64,000 bases of DNA from Eledone cirrhosa (taxonomy: Eukaryota), in the NCBI GenBank assembly GCA_964016885.1, contig OZ024750.1:1550001-1614000 (forward strand). The letters are read 5' to 3'. Below the pieces are notes generated by a model. The model worked only from the letters and a program-made list of their open reading frames with translations, was not told the origin of the DNA and made no database searches. Numbering within the stretch: the first letter of the stretch is position 1; every line of letters begins with the position of its first letter. Shown piece by piece: positions 30,961-47,900 of this stretch. The position numbers and the translations under genes were made by a program.

Positions 30961-33095
30961 GCTGATTTCAAACAAGCTCACACTTTGTTTTGACAGTGGC
31001 TAAATAGTTGCATCAGACTATGCATATAGATGTTAAGTCGGTAGCATTAGAAGAATATGTCATAAATTACAAACAACCTGTTAATATATACTTTAATATG
31101 AAAAGCCTAGATCACTTTCAAAAATGAAACTTTGTAAAATTTATTAATTGAATCAATTGAAAAATAAGTAGAATTTGCAGTTAATTTATTAATTTATCAA
31201 ATAGGTTCTTAATTTGAACGATCCAAAGTAACAGTGCGCATAGTTTTTAAAGGTAATTTTTTTTTCTAACCGAAATATATTTGATTTCACAGCGAAACAG
31301 CTGCAACACGTATTGGTGTAACGTATGCTGTAGTGAACAGGTTACCAGATGCAACTGCAAGCTATGTGATTTAGCTGTAGTGCAACTAATACTCACACGC
31401 CTAGCACCGGGCGGAGACTATTGGCATTTTCAATTTTTGCTTTTTTTTTTCAATTTTCTTTGTGATTAATTTTTAACTTTTCATGCGACCAAAATCTCTT
31501 TATTTTTATAAACATTACTTATAATTTACATATCTACAATTATATTCTGGGGTGTCAATATCTTTTTAAAGGTTTCCTTAATTAAAAGCATTTTAGATTA
31601 TATCAGTTGTTGTTTATGTAGTTGTCAGTGATATAGTAGTATCGGTAATCGTTTATGATGACAGACAGATTTGTAAACTCCTGTTAATAAACTAAGAATT
31701 TAAATTGTCATAAAAACACTAAAATTTTACATAGTTTATACGGGCCAGCGTAATGTCTGTGTGTTTCAGTTAGTCTAATCTAAATATTTTACTACATACG
31801 GTATTTCGGTCGCTTTCATGTACAAATATCATAATGTAATGAATATGTATTTAGTATATCTGAAATTCGCAATAAATGCTATCGATTTCTCAACACATGA
31901 TCTTATTTTTAATTTCAGTACATATCATCATCATCATATTATCATCATCATCACATCATCATCATCATCGTCATCGTCAACAACATCATCATCATCATCA
32001 TCATTTAACGTCCGCATACTACATATTTTATTTACTCTTAAAACTAGTAGATGAACTGTATCTGTTCTGTAGTGTTTTTGTTTACCATAGAAGCACAGTT
32101 ATCAATAACAATATACCGTTCCATATTGCAAATGTTTCAATTCAGATGTATTTGTCCTCCTCAGAGACTTCTAGAAGATCTATCGTTATTCGATTTGACT
32201 ACTAAAGGTAAAAATAAGCAAATATTAACTCTACTTGAACCTATTCAATATAATATAGAGATGAATTCACCAAGTGATATTTAATATTGATTTGTTATAT
32301 GGGGGAGGGGGTTATCATTTTTAGTGGAGGTGAAACAAGGGAATATGCTACTCGTTTTCTACAATATTGAGTCCTACTCATAGATTCTGCTCATAGGATA
32401 TTAATCTCCTGACTCTACTTCTTACTTTAAGATTTTATTTTTAGCATGTACGACATGCACCCACCACACCACACAATAAATTATGTGTTTGCCTTCTTTT
32501 AATCTATTACACATGAAAGCATGATAAAATACATCGGTTAGCAGGACCCGGTTACATTAAATAATGTCACATGTTTATTGGTTCCATGTCTCAGAAAATA
32601 AGAAGCTTTGATTCTTAAAAGTATTTAAGAATATTTTCCTTATTCTTTATCCTTCGCTATATATTCAGTCAGTCGCCGTTCAGGACTTGATTCAATTCTA
32701 GTTGTTATAGAATAAAGCTCTCACAATTCTTGTTATCTAACCTTTAACCTTTAAATAAAACATTGTTTTTAAATTATAAGACTAATCCACTTAACACATA
32801 ATTTTCCGTGATGATGGCTTACTTTCCAGGATTTATGAATCAACATCAGCTTATAAAAGTTTACCCAGTCCAAAGATCGGATGTAGCTCTCTGATTGGTT
32901 TGATATCACCTCAGTCTTCAGATCCAGAAGTAGACTTCATTTTGTTGCGAGTATTCCAGCTAGACGTTATCCCCCCCCCCCCTATTTTCTGTATGCCTAC
33001 GTTTAGCCAATAGATACTGATATACAGAGCTTCTGACTGGAAATCAGCCAAAGAAGCTAGGTGGTTTCATTTTAACAGGCCTAAGATATTCACAG

Positions 33096-33136
33096 ACCCT
33101 TCCTCCATTTTCCGGGCTCTGGGCCAACGTACAGGC
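33096..33136 (-). ncRNA. Degenerate twister-like remnant (RTE 5' UTR-like)
   Basis: Minus strand GTTGGCCCAGAGCCCGGAAAATGGAGGAAGGG resembles the twister 3' half GCCGGUCCCAAGCCCGGAUAAAGGAGGAGGG; the 5' UAA half is not recognisable. Confidence 0.35.
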
Positions 33137-34716
33137 TAAACCCATACCTCTCTGTAAAAGCCCCACTCCTTTATATGTCTAGAATGCATCGAACAGGTAA
33201 TCGTTTACAAATATTGTGAAGCTCCTAACTATTGCTCAATGTTTCTTTGATAGAAATTTCTGACAGATGTCGATGTTATTATAAATACATTGTGGTATTT
33301 AGTTGCCTTACTTCACGTCTGAGTTATAATCCCTCCAAAGTTAATTTTGCTCTTTATCCCACACAGACTAAGAAGCACCAAAAGCAGCAGCCACAAAAGT
33401 GCATAAAACTCAAGATTTTATCCCTCGGTTGTAACTGCATCGTGGAACATCACCCATATCTTGAGTAGAGCAAGTATATGAACGCCAATAGTCCAGTCTT
33501 ATTGTCTAATACACGGCGTGACAATATTATATAAGGAATCACATTCCTTAGCCAATATCGATTCTAAGTTCAAGACTAATACGGTAATCTCTGAATAATT
33601 TTAGAAAGAGAATAGTACCAACATTTTCATTTTCTGTTGAAATAAAGACCAACGAAATGATTAACCTCACTTAACCCAGATAGATTTTGCTTTTAATTCT
33701 ACCTGCCAGCCATGTGAGAGATTCACACAGAGAACCTATCTGAGAGTTACGGAAATGGTATACGTGCCTGTGGAACACTCAGCCACGTGCACATGAAAGC
33801 GATAAGAACATTAATCGTTGAAACCATTGTGGATCCAATCATCTTTTTCAGTATTGACACACTTATACTGAATTCAGTGGAAAATATGTTGTGTAACTCC
33901 AAGACTATACAAAGCACTTGACTTAAAAAAGCATTAAGAAAACTTGTTCACATAATTCCGTCACCATGCGTATTTTACCCGAATTTCTCAACTATAATCA
34001 TGATAATTTACTTTGAGACAAATGTCTCGACTTTCACATGTTCTCAATGATTCCTAAGTCAACCGTTTTGTTTACTCTTCTTGCAGAACGCTTATAATTT
34101 TCTAAAAAGAGAAGGTAGGCTTTTAGCTGCTCTATATCCCAGTGGTTAATGGACTCGCCCGGCAACTAATGGATGCAGGGTTGGTTTTCTCGCAGGTATC
34201 TTTATATACTTTTTTCCTTCTCTAGGAGTCCGTTAACTAACTTTCTAAACCCTTATTTATAATGGTCAACAATCATTGAGGTAGTTTAGGTTGAGACATA
34301 TATAATACAAGTTTCGACATTGTTTTTAACAGTTAGAACTCTATTGCTTATCGTCAATGTTATACCTTCTAATGACATTAGTTTACAGTTACTGAGACTG
34401 AGATAAAAGAGTTGAAGTGACCAAGCTGTAGATACAGAACTGTACGAGATTCGACTGAAAGATTCATAGGCTGAAAGGTTCATAAACTGATCAAGATACT
34501 CTCATGGAATCGCCAAATGAGGTTTATTTTTCAGCATAATCCCTGGAAAGAAATAATAGTTATTAATAAGAAACATTGAAATTAATGCCTGCAAAATTTC
34601 ACAGCTCTAACATCACTCCTTCATAGTCTACCAATGAACTTTTCTGTCGACTCTCGAAATTTGTTTATATATTTGGATAAAACCACACCACGTTACAGTG
34701 AATTGTCTATACGGTG

Positions 34717-34930
34717 GCTTGATCTTCTAGAATTAGCAGCCAAATTGCTTCAAATGTCATACTGTTGAAAAAAGAAGGAAGTGTATATTCGACAATGATA
34801 CAATAAAGTCCCTGATATACAAAAATAAATACATAAATCAATAAACAAGATGGTCATGAATGGAACGCTTTTTCTCACGGTTCTTCTTACTCAAAGAAGA
34901 TCTGAAGCTAAACACCAACAAGAACAACAA
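34717..34930 (+). mobile_element. Old interspersed repeat (CTAGAAATAGCAGCCAAAT family)
   Basis: Related copies at ~37615-37720 (+), ~39590-39790 (+) and ~26680-26760 (-). Confidence 0.6.
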
Positions 34931-37829
34931 CGTACATTTTTAATATTGCTAAGAAAGTAAAAAATCCACAGGACTCTATTGTTTCCTAGAAATTTCCGCT
35001 CTTTTATATAAATTAAAAAATCGATAGATTTCTTACATAAACTGCTTTAGAAATTACTATTGAACTATATTGTATAGGTATTTTTAATAAAAAGAAACCA
35101 AACAATAAATTTTACCTGTACTTATATATTTTTAGTGGAACGTTGAGTTCTGATAGTGATGGAGCTCTCCAAGAATCTGTTGTGTACACATATAAAACAT
35201 GTTTACAGAGACTGTATCGAATTACTATAATCTCTTATATATTGAAGTGACACTTGTTGCAGCAATCCAAAAGGGTTACAGTACAAATCGGTATTGGTGT
35301 GATTTAACTAATGTTAGTAAGTTATCGTTGAATTACAAGGCTTAGAAAGAAGGACCTGTAAAGCTTATCCATTTACCAGTAAAACTTCGAAATGGAAATG
35401 TAACTAGCCTGCCGATTCAATTCACTGGGAGGTCTATAAAATCAATATGAAATTGCTATTAATTAAGCATAAAGCCTCGGGCAAGTAGAATTAAAAATCT
35501 TCACAACGACTGAACGCAACCTATGTAATGTAATGGGATAGGAATCTATGTCCAGGGGGAAATAATTGTAATAGCTCGACTTGTGTTATTTGTAATAATT
35601 ATTTCTTTTAACTAGACAATACTACAGGTAAATTACTTTCTCGATCAGAAGAACAATAATCGATTAACCCAGCTCGTTTATTGATACCTTTTTTATTTAT
35701 CTCCGTAGGAACGAAAATAAAAAAAATATCGGTGTACTTTTGAAAAAGTAATATTGATAAGAGATCAATATGTGTGAGAGAAAGGGTAAATAGTTACTTT
35801 ATTTATGAGGATGGGAAATCTTCCGTTAAAGGAGTGGGGTAGTATATACTCTTAAGGTCCCTTATTTTACAGATATCACCGTCAGAAGTAGCGTACAAGT
35901 CATGTCATCTTTGTTACCATAGAAAACCAAATTCAGCTCACCCTCTCTCTCTCCACCTTATGCTATCCGCACTCATCTTATTTAACAGCAATGCTTTACC
36001 TCTGAAAATGTTATCTATACAAACATATTACCTTTATTTATTTCATTTACCCAAGCTGTTTAAATTTAACGTTAATTCCGAAGTGAACTGTAAACTCACT
36101 GGAATAAAACAAGATTCCGTCACCTATTTATTTTGGTTAAATATCAATTTGCACTAATCATATTCTCGTCTGTGTAAATAAATAAAAATTGCAATAGTTA
36201 ACGTATAATTTCTCAAACAAAATCTTATCAAGTAGCAAAATATTCATATGATTGAATATGAATGTGATGGTGATGATGTCATATGATAATGTTTACATGA
36301 ATTATAACAATGACACATGACAAAACCTGTATAATTTACGCGGCAAAATTCTGCGCTATAATGTGCGTGCTAGTATATATATTTCTTGTTTTTTATTTCA
36401 AGTGCACAAAAAATCTCAAAAGAAAAGAAAAGAAAACAATTACTTTTGAAATGAAAATAAATTAAATTCATTGATTTATATTCACCTTATGTAGTTGAAT
36501 ACATGTATAAAGTATTGCGATTAAGTAAATCTTAGCAGACTATTTTTTTAAAATCTGTACAGAGATGTTGTTATTAGAAAGGAGAGACGGTTATATAAAT
36601 AAACGGTTTGTAAATACTGCTAATGTCAGAAAAATACGATAATATCAAAACAAAATAAATACAAAAAACAATTGCAACGTGTTAAAAAACGAAAACAACA
36701 CAGAAAATATCTGCCTTGTATAGAAACAGTTGCATGAACTGCTAGAGGAGCTATGACTGTTCTTGTGCATCTGTAAATGTGCGGATGTGTGTGTGTACGG
36801 ATGTTGATGTTTGTGTGCGTGCACACCCATATGTGCATGTGTGCATGCATTCAAATGAATATGCATGAATGAAAGCAGATTCTTTTACATGCGTATGCAT
36901 ATGTATAATCTAGTGAGGTGTGTGAGGTGTGAGGCGTGTTCCTCTAACATAATGGATGAATACTCTGTAGGTTCGGTTTATTTTTCTTACGTATGGCTGG
37001 TTAACAGGTAGCGAGTTATCGACAAGTAATTTGGCGAACCTATTGGAAACGTTGCGCTGCTGTAAAGACATACCATATGTTTAGTAAATTAGACGAAAAC
37101 AACAACAACAATTACGCCACCACTAAAAAAAAGAAAACAACACCAACAAATAACATATTCAAACCAACAAGTGTAAACCGCAATGAAAGAACACAGCATT
37201 GCAGAATTACAGACATTTTTCTAGAAGGAAATAATAAATAAATAAATAAATAAACAAATAAATAAATAAGATGATATCTTTTAACATACATTAACTCCGT
37301 CACTAAGGCTTAATTAGTTTAGCTGTAATTCATTTTCTTTCTTTTTTTCTTTTCACTCATTAACTAAGATATATGTATATATATTTCTTCATTTACAATC
37401 TCCGGAAAAAGGATTGCGTTTTTCCTTATTTTTTCTGTTTTAAATATCAGAAAACAAAATATAAAATACAGTAGAGTAAGTGTAATTTATATTAGATTAA
37501 GGACAGATGAACGAAAATAAACCTGTTGATCTTTCGAATGCTTCTATAGAAATGTTAAAATTTAACTAAAGTCGATGTCACGAAACACGCACCCGAGCCT
37601 TTGAAGGAGCTTGTATGTGGCCCATTCACCTGCTAGACATAGCAGCATAATGTACTTCAAATTATACACTGTCCGTATAAAAATAGAAGGGCTAATTGGA
37701 CAATAACATTTCTAGTGAGTATGTGTCTGTGAAACATATACATATACAGCAGGTCTGAACACAAAGGAACCAAACTCCCATTGTCATTGCCTCCGTCTCT
37801 CCCGCTCTACCTATCTCCAACTATTATGA

Positions 37830-38010
37830 GAAATGGTGGACCACTCACTAGCTGCACCTCGACCCCGGCGGAGAGAATAGAGAAAGCATTTCCCTGAGGG
37901 ATAGAGAGGGAGACGCGTTGGAAGAGACATTCCAGCTCGTGAGGCACACACCAGCGGGTGGCCAACTCCATGCAGATGGTGGTGAGTAAGATGCGTTGTT
38001 GAGGACCAGG
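37830..38010 (-). mobile_element. Decayed LINE (Jockey/CR1-like) 3' ORF fragment
   Basis: GC-rich island; the minus strand gives LSLFS...RCS*, resembling LSLFYRYxxGxCSxEL; shares GAATAGAGAAAGC with 47590-47900. Confidence 0.35.
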
Positions 38011-39149
38011 AATACTTTCTATTGTTTAAAGCTTTCATAAAACACGACATAACTTGATTATTTCTGCGTCATAACTAAATCTTACACTAAAATAATCTTG
38101 CGGTTATAATCTGTAGGGAAACTACAAATTCGTGAGCCGGCGGATGGAGACATCTAGTTGGGTTTCGGTTGGATTCGATACAGTCAGAACCAATCGTACT
38201 CTCATAATCTGTAGAGATACATCCATAACAAATCACCTGTTGGGCAAGATTTGAGAATTAATGTACAAAGAAAATTAGGTAACACTATTAGAATACATAA
38301 TTTAATTATTTATATAAAACAGACACTAGAAATGTCATTTGCATAAAACTTATCTTTCATTCCATCTTGCAGGCATTAAAAAAGTGAAAACTTAATTTTA
38401 TAAAGAATGTGTTATTGCTTTCTATTTCTATTTTTTCCCCAGATAGAAATAATCAATTTAGTCCGAGAAAAGACTGAAAAATTGTCAATATATAATAACG
38501 AAGTTTATATATACTGGAGCAATATAATACAAAAGCCTCGCAGCGTACTGTGTTAAAATCTTTGAATTGTCATGGAGGGAATGAATATACCACATCTATC
38601 ATTATTACTGTATGTAAAATAAGTTGTTTGTTGATTTCTAGTTGTTAAAGCTTGTAAACATTTAGTTTATTCTACTCTAATCTAAGCTGATTACATTAAT
38701 CTCATGCTTCTTTCAGTTTAAATATTACCAATGTTACTCTAATGAATTACAAGTTTCTGCGTCTTAAATATTGCATCTGTGCTTCATCTGTTCTAGGGAG
38801 TATATTCTGTGTCATCCTGTCCGCCTTCATTTTATCGTGTTGCACGGTATATATAGAAACCAATTCTTTAACGAACTACTATGTCACGCATCAATATAAC
38901 TACGTCTATTGAAACCCAACTGATCTCATTTTGAAATATTCAACATTATGTCGTGTTACCTGATTTCTGTAGAATAATTCTTGAAATTATAAAATTCTTT
39001 CAAGAAAAAGCAAGGTTGCAGTTTTATGAAAACCAATAAAACATTAACATTTATACAATATTTAACTATTAGCCAGTAAAGGAGCCTAGGTAGCTAGGTA
39101 GGCTGGTGTAAGGTTGTAGCAGTATGTTCCATTGACGATGTAACGATAT

Positions 39150-39300
39150 ATATTCAATCATATTATCTCAATTATTTCCAACCTTGACGGAGGTACTAGA
39201 ACTGATGGGAAAATGTGATCAAGGGATCTTTGAAATGTTTTAAAATGTCATACAAATTTTGAAGGAGTTTCTTCCTACAAAGTTTTAGGATAATCTCAGT
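39150..39300 (+). mobile_element. Decayed pogo/Tigger transposase fragment
   Basis: CDQGIFEMF at 39214-39240 resembles the QPMDQGIIxxFK motif. Confidence 0.35.
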
Positions 39301-40505
39301 TAGTCGAGGTTTTTCAACTCAATATATTGCGACCGGTAGATAGTATCAGCAATGGAAAGACTAATGGAAACATTGTTTCCATGGACCAATTGGATGAGTT
39401 CCACCCCACTCGGTAAGGAATGAGGTCTGGGTTCTTGTCAATCGTTTCCTATCCTATATTATATGTGAGTCACTACACACATAATTAAAAAAACTGAAAC
39501 GAAAGCAACACCTCGGGTTAACTGAAAGCTCAACATATTTACAGTACCCTACTATTTGTATTTAACCAGCCCATGGTTGAGCTAACAAGGGAGTCTCGAC
39601 ATAGTCGTTCAATCTGTTAGAAATAACTGCCAAAATTCTCTTAAAATCAAACCTTACGGTCTTAAAAACGGGATGACACACAGGTTTGATAGTGAATTCC
39701 TAGATATTTCCAAAATTCAGATTGGTCGTGGATGGATTTTCTTTAAAGATTGACCAGCTCGATCAGCGTTTGCTTGGAGCGAAAGCATTATAACAAGAAA
39801 CATACTGTTAACTCTTTAATGTTATGTGGATTGAATAATTGAGATATAGAATAGGATTATTCACTGCATTATCTGGTTGATTTTTGACATGTTCATGTCA
39901 ACAACTTTAAAAATAAGTTTGAAAACATCTTATATTTCTCAAAGGTTTGTAGTTTTACGAACTATACTCTATAAATTCTGTGTGAGACATATTTAGGAAA
40001 TTACGCTCGTAGAATTAAATTGCTCAGGCGAAACTATTGTTTAGATTAAATAAAGAAAATAAATGGTGATGTTGTCCAGAGAATATTCTTTTAAGCACGT
40101 ATACAAATATTCCTGGTTAAATGTTTGTCTGTCAATTAAAGAATTCAGTAATTGAAATGATAGGTAAATTGAAATGAGTTTAGATATTTCGCAGCTGAAA
40201 GTTAATTCTTTAGGTGGAAATGAATCGTATGTAAACAGTAACCAAAACAAATACTGTTTCTTTTTAATTCAATTTCATTAAAGGAACGAATATTGAAAGC
40301 AAACCATTATTATTCCAATAATTTGACCTCAAGAGAATAATATAATTCCTTACTATGCGGAGGACTTTGTTTATTTTCAATAGGACAATTTTAATTAAAA
40401 CTAAAGTAATAGTTATATTAAATTTCCATATTGTATTTTAAAATAACGGATATAGAGCATAAATATTATGGACTCTCTCTCGCTTTCCCTTTCTCTCTCC
40501 CACTC

Positions 40506-40727
<222 letters not shown>

Positions 40728-40734
40728 TTTTATT

Positions 40735-41080
40735 AAGTCTAGCTTTGCTTTTCGTTCTTACAGAGTCAGTAAAACAAAGTGGGGTCGATTTAAACATTCA
40801 CTACCGCTTCAAATTGCTGGCCTTGTGCCAAAAGTATAAACAATTATTAGAGCGGTGGATTGGCAGAATCTTTAGGATGTCGGACGGAATGGTTTGCGGC
40901 ATTTAGTCACACCTCTTTATGTTCTGAGTTAAAATCACAGAGAGGTGTTCTTTGCCTTTCATCAATTCAGGGTCGATAAAGTATCAGCAATGTAATAATG
41001 AATTGGGATTGATTTAATCGACTTTCCCCTTCATTTTAAATTGCTGGCCTTGTGCTAAAAGTAGAAACAATTATTATTAT
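40735..41080 (+). mobile_element. Two older tRNA-derived SINE copies
   Basis: Degenerate core and AAATTGCTGGCCTTGTGC..AAAGTA tails; the second copy has a GGTGGATTGGCAGAATC head at ~40853. Confidence 0.8.
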
Positions 41081-41098
41081 GGTTGTTCATTTCAGAGT

Positions 41099-41131
41099 TT
41101 AGGGTTAGGGTTAGGGTTAGGGTTAGGGTTA
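41099..41131 (+). repeat. Interstitial telomeric repeat (TTAGGG)5
   Basis: Five perfect TTAGGG units. Confidence 0.95.
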
Positions 41132-43439
41132 ATGATCTTTCATACTTCTGTTATTTGTATTTTGTGTTCTATGTTGGTTCGATATCACTGTTACGATTGA
41201 CTAAGTTTCTTTGTTATTTTCCGTCAGTATCGATATATCTTTGAGGGGATTAAAGGCTTCACATCGCCTCTGTAATAAATTGTACCAGTTTCATGTCCAA
41301 GTCAACTTTCAATTCAAGTTATCTTGTTTGGCGGGAGTAGTATGTTTGTGATGATGATGTAAAGTATGTTGTCTCATCGTTTAGTTCTGTTTGTTGTGCA
41401 GACATTTGGGACCGCAGGCAAGATTAATAGAATCCATGAGGAATCTAATGTAATGTTTGTACACTAATGCTGTTGCTGCTTCTTTCTATACATTCTGATC
41501 AGCAATACTTTGGAAGCAAATCAATGTACAAATATGATCAATAAATAGTCATCGATAAAGGGAGGTGGAAATTGCACGGGAAGAAAACTCAAGACTGGAA
41601 TTCCAATTTAAGTTTCAATGAAATTTGAATTATATACCAATATGGTCGAAACTACCAGTAATACATCAATCTTAATTTTATCGTCTAAGTATCATTTATT
41701 TGTGTATAATCTTAAGAGTTAAATATTTGTTCATGTGTCCAGAGTCATAGGAAGTCGTGATATTTATACTGTCTTCTAGACGGTTTAATCTCGCTTGTCA
41801 ACAATTAGTAATCGGGAATGTGATGAGGTCAGCCATGTTTAACATACTAAATAGATTCGGAACATGAATCTATAATCCAAACTAGGTTGGGGAAACAGTG
41901 GAAACTTTCCATGAATTGTCTTTCCTAAAATCTCAGATGAGACACTGTTGTTCTAAATACAGGTCTCTGTAAAGCTAATAATAGACCAAGGTCAAGGTCA
42001 AATGGGAAATATATGCTATATTTGAAACTGTTAATTATATGTTGTATAGTAATCAGTGATATATATATATATATATACATAGATACATACATACATGCAT
42101 ATATACATACATACATGCATATATATATATATATATATGATTTATACATGGATAATGTACATATATAGGCATGAGCAAATAATCTACGAAACGAAATAGA
42201 TCTTGTGGTAAGTAGGCTAATTCAAATTGTTATGCACATTTCAACTACATCTCCCCTGGTTTCTTCGTGCATAGCAATTCTGTAGCATAAATATTTATTC
42301 AAATGAACCGTTATTTGTTTGTCAATGATATTACTTGTAACATTGATATTTGTGCTGGTGGTATTGGTGGTGATAGTAGTGGTGTTGGTCGTAATGGTGT
42401 GGGTTTGTGATGGTTTTGGTGGTGGTTGCCACGAAGGTGAATTTTATAATGATGATAATGATGATGATGACGATCACAATGTAAATGTTTATTTGTTTAA
42501 ACAAGTATTGATCATATCACTATGAAGGCATTTATACAGCGTTAAGAAGGCTAAAACATATTTATGGATGCCAAAACATCCATCTGTAAATTTAACTGCT
42601 TCAACAAAGGAATTTATCTCTTCTTGTGATAATAAAATGAAAATCTAAAATTAAAAAAAGTGCACGAGACTTTTAATAGGATTCCCATGGAGATGATGAG
42701 TCTTAAGGTCATGCTAAGTAAAGCAATATGAAGATACTTTAGCTTCAATGGAGCTTAGTGTAGTTGTCTTTGATTATTATAGGTCAGTTATATATATAAA
42801 TAAATGCATCCATTACTTCTTCGACAGAAAGGTCATTTAGAAATGTTTCGAAAATATATGGTTGAAATATGTCGGTTATGGGTCGATAACGATAACTGTA
42901 TCAAACTGTGAAACTCTGCGTGCGTTGCGTGACGGTGAGGAGTGTTGAACTGCGTGTGAGCTGTAAATATATGGTGATGATTCAAATAAATCTGGGAAGA
43001 AGAGTTTAGAAGATTTGTTTTCTACATAGAGTAGTTGGAAAAATAAATTAGGCAATACTTCATCTGGATACAATAACGCTACTTATAGAGCCGTTTAATA
43101 TGACGATTGTAAATGGGCTAGAATGTTTAACGCCGATTTAAAAGAAATAATTTTGCTGCAGTGGTAGACGTTTTCTTGGTAGTATCGGTTGAGCATCTGA
43201 CACCATGCTTGGTGGTATATAGTTACGTACTTTTACACTCTGAGTTCAAATCCGACCAAGGTTAGCTTTGCCTTTCTTTTTTACTTGTTCGATAAAATAC
43301 GGTACCAGGAACGCACTATGGTCAATTTAATCTACTTTCACCTCTACAAAAAGTGTACACATATACACGCACTCCCATATATATATATATATATATATAT
43401 ACTGAGTGGATGTGAGAGACCAAAGGTCATTATTGAAAG

Positions 43440-43855
43440 TCTCTGGATTTTGGTACTAGAGACGGTGGAGATCCTGGCTTTGGGTTCCATCCTGGTCAAG
43501 AGGTACATGAAGCTTTTCCAGTTTTTATTTTTCATTCCATAGAAAAAAACTGAAAAGGTTTACCGGAAACCCTACTCCCGTGCAGAATCGAACTTCAGAC
43601 CAGTATCACCACCGTCTATGATTCCCCCAACTAGGCCACCGAGATAGAACCAAGAATATATTGAAAATTGATAATTATAAACCTACTTTCAAAATTTGAA
43701 TTAATTTAATTTTATTATTTTAACAAATAATATATATATATTTTCAGTTTTTATTTTACATTCCATAGAAAAAAACTGAAAAGGTTTACCGGGAACTCTA
43801 CTCTCGACCATGATCAAATTTCATACCAGGATCACCACCGTCGCCGCCGAGACAG
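43440..43855. mobile_element. Three related tRNA-like heads (one +, two -) with a ~227-bp tandem duplication
   Basis: Minus 43570-43645 has A-box-like GGTGGCCTAGTTGG and B-box-like GTTCGATTC. GACGGTGG(A/T)GAT(A/C)CTGG is shared by all three. TTCCATAGAAAAAAACTGAAAAGGTTTACCGG occurs at 43535 and 43761. Confidence 0.55.
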
Positions 43856-44039
43856 CTACAAAAGTATAGCATTCTATATGTAGGTGGGCCCCCTTCATCT
43901 CTTGGAAACCAATATTTTTAGACCCAGTCCGCCACTGGCTATTGTTGTCATGTATTTATCGTTGACTTCGAGTGTGTGGTTGCATGTTTGCGTGCGTGTG
44001 TTTGTGTTTGCATGTGTGCATATGCGTCTGTGCGTGCGC

Positions 44040-44072
<33 letters not shown>

Positions 44073-44598
44073 CGCACGTACATATGTATGTGTGTGTGCG
44101 TGTGTGCGCGCGTGTGTGCGCGCGTATATGTGTATGTGTGTGCGCGAGTGTGCGCGCGTGTGTGAACTATTTTATTGATTAAAAAAAATGAGATGAGAAT
44201 TATTAGTGAAATGAGAAACAGACGTAGAAAATGTCTATCACCAGTTGCCTCCCTTGAATCATCTTCAGCCGTAACTTAATGTAGCAAATTCTTTTGACAT
44301 AAAAATCGTACAGATGTAAGTAAAGTATTTCCAGCTTAAACATAACAGCACAATCAAATAATCTTATTTACCCTGTTGAATAATTATTAAAAAAAACATT
44401 GCTTATTAAAACATTGAGATTTAAATTTGGTTGCTTATTAATGATTTGAAAATAAGAAGAATTATCCCCCTTCAGTTAGTTTTCTTCTTTAATGGCATAA
44501 TGATGTATGTATGTATGTATGTATGTATGTATGTATGTATGTATGTATGTATGTATGTATGTATGTATGTATGTATGTATGTATGTATGTATGTATGT

Positions 44599-46899
<2,301 letters not shown>

Positions 46900-46950
46900 C
46901 TATGTATATATGTATGTATATATGTATGTATGTAATTTATATATATTATT

Positions 46951-47140
46951 AGGTGGATTGGCAGTATAGGGAGAGGGTCGGACGCCCTGCTTTGCTTCAT
47001 AGAGTTACGGCCCTTTGCGGTCTGAGTTCAAATCCCGCCAAGGTTAACTTTGCCTTTCATCCTTACGGAGTCGATAAAATAAAGTACCAGTAATACACTG
47101 GTTATTTGCTGGCCTTGTGCCAAAAGTATAAACAATTATT
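46951..47140 (+). mobile_element. Full-length tRNA-derived SINE
   Basis: Head, B box, core and tail; ATTATTAGG repeated at both ends. Confidence 0.92.
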
Positions 47141-47589
47141 AGGATTACCTTTTGTCAATATAGTGTACTAAGGTCAACAATGATCTTAGCTGTCTTAACC
47201 AGTAATATTCCACAATGAAAATAAACAACGATGAGATATGCTGTCGTGTTATTCTCCTCACTTTCTACAAGATCAAACAAAAGAAAACAGTAAGAAACAT
47301 GGCACTTCTTTTCACGTCCTGGTGATCACAGTGTTCTGCTTCCAAATATTAGTAGCAATCTTGTCTCTAAATTCAGCTACAGCAGGTGTATTAAAATAAA
47401 ACAGGGCATTAGTTTTTAAGGTGTATTAATTGAATGTCATTTGTTTAACTAATAAATGCCATATAGCAAACTATCCACAGCGATAATAGTAATAAATGTA
47501 TTACATCTCTTTGTTATCAATAAAGTATGTCACTATTATCTTAAACCTCTAAAGTTGGGCTAACATCGCTAACCCAATGATGTGGGGAG

Positions 47590-47900
47590 CACTCTATTTC
47601 AGGCGCAGTATTTCAGGTGTTGACCGCCGTATGCTACAGAGAGAAGAATAGAGAAAGCGTTGCTCTTAGAAGAGTGAAAAAGACGCAGGGCTGACTGCTG
47701 CGAGTGGTGATTTCCTTCCCGATAGTTGTAAGTGGAGAAATGTCCCGGGGATCAAGAAAGTCGAAAGTCTTCCCCGCTACAGGTTTTCAGAAACCCTATC
47801 GGAGAGCGACCGAAACTTCGACAGCTTGCGATCTTCGACGTATCGGGGGAATGAAACCTTAGTTTGTCTCAGAATGCATCAGATTGCCGTCAAAAAAGGT
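47590..47900 (-). mobile_element. Decayed LINE-like fragment
   Basis: GC-rich island with local similarity to 37830-38010. Confidence 0.3.

Noticed and set aside
41990-42030. YFPFD as a Cys-loop exon
   Set aside because: No flanking cysteines, and it derives from a TTTGACCTTGACCTTG motif typical of repeats.
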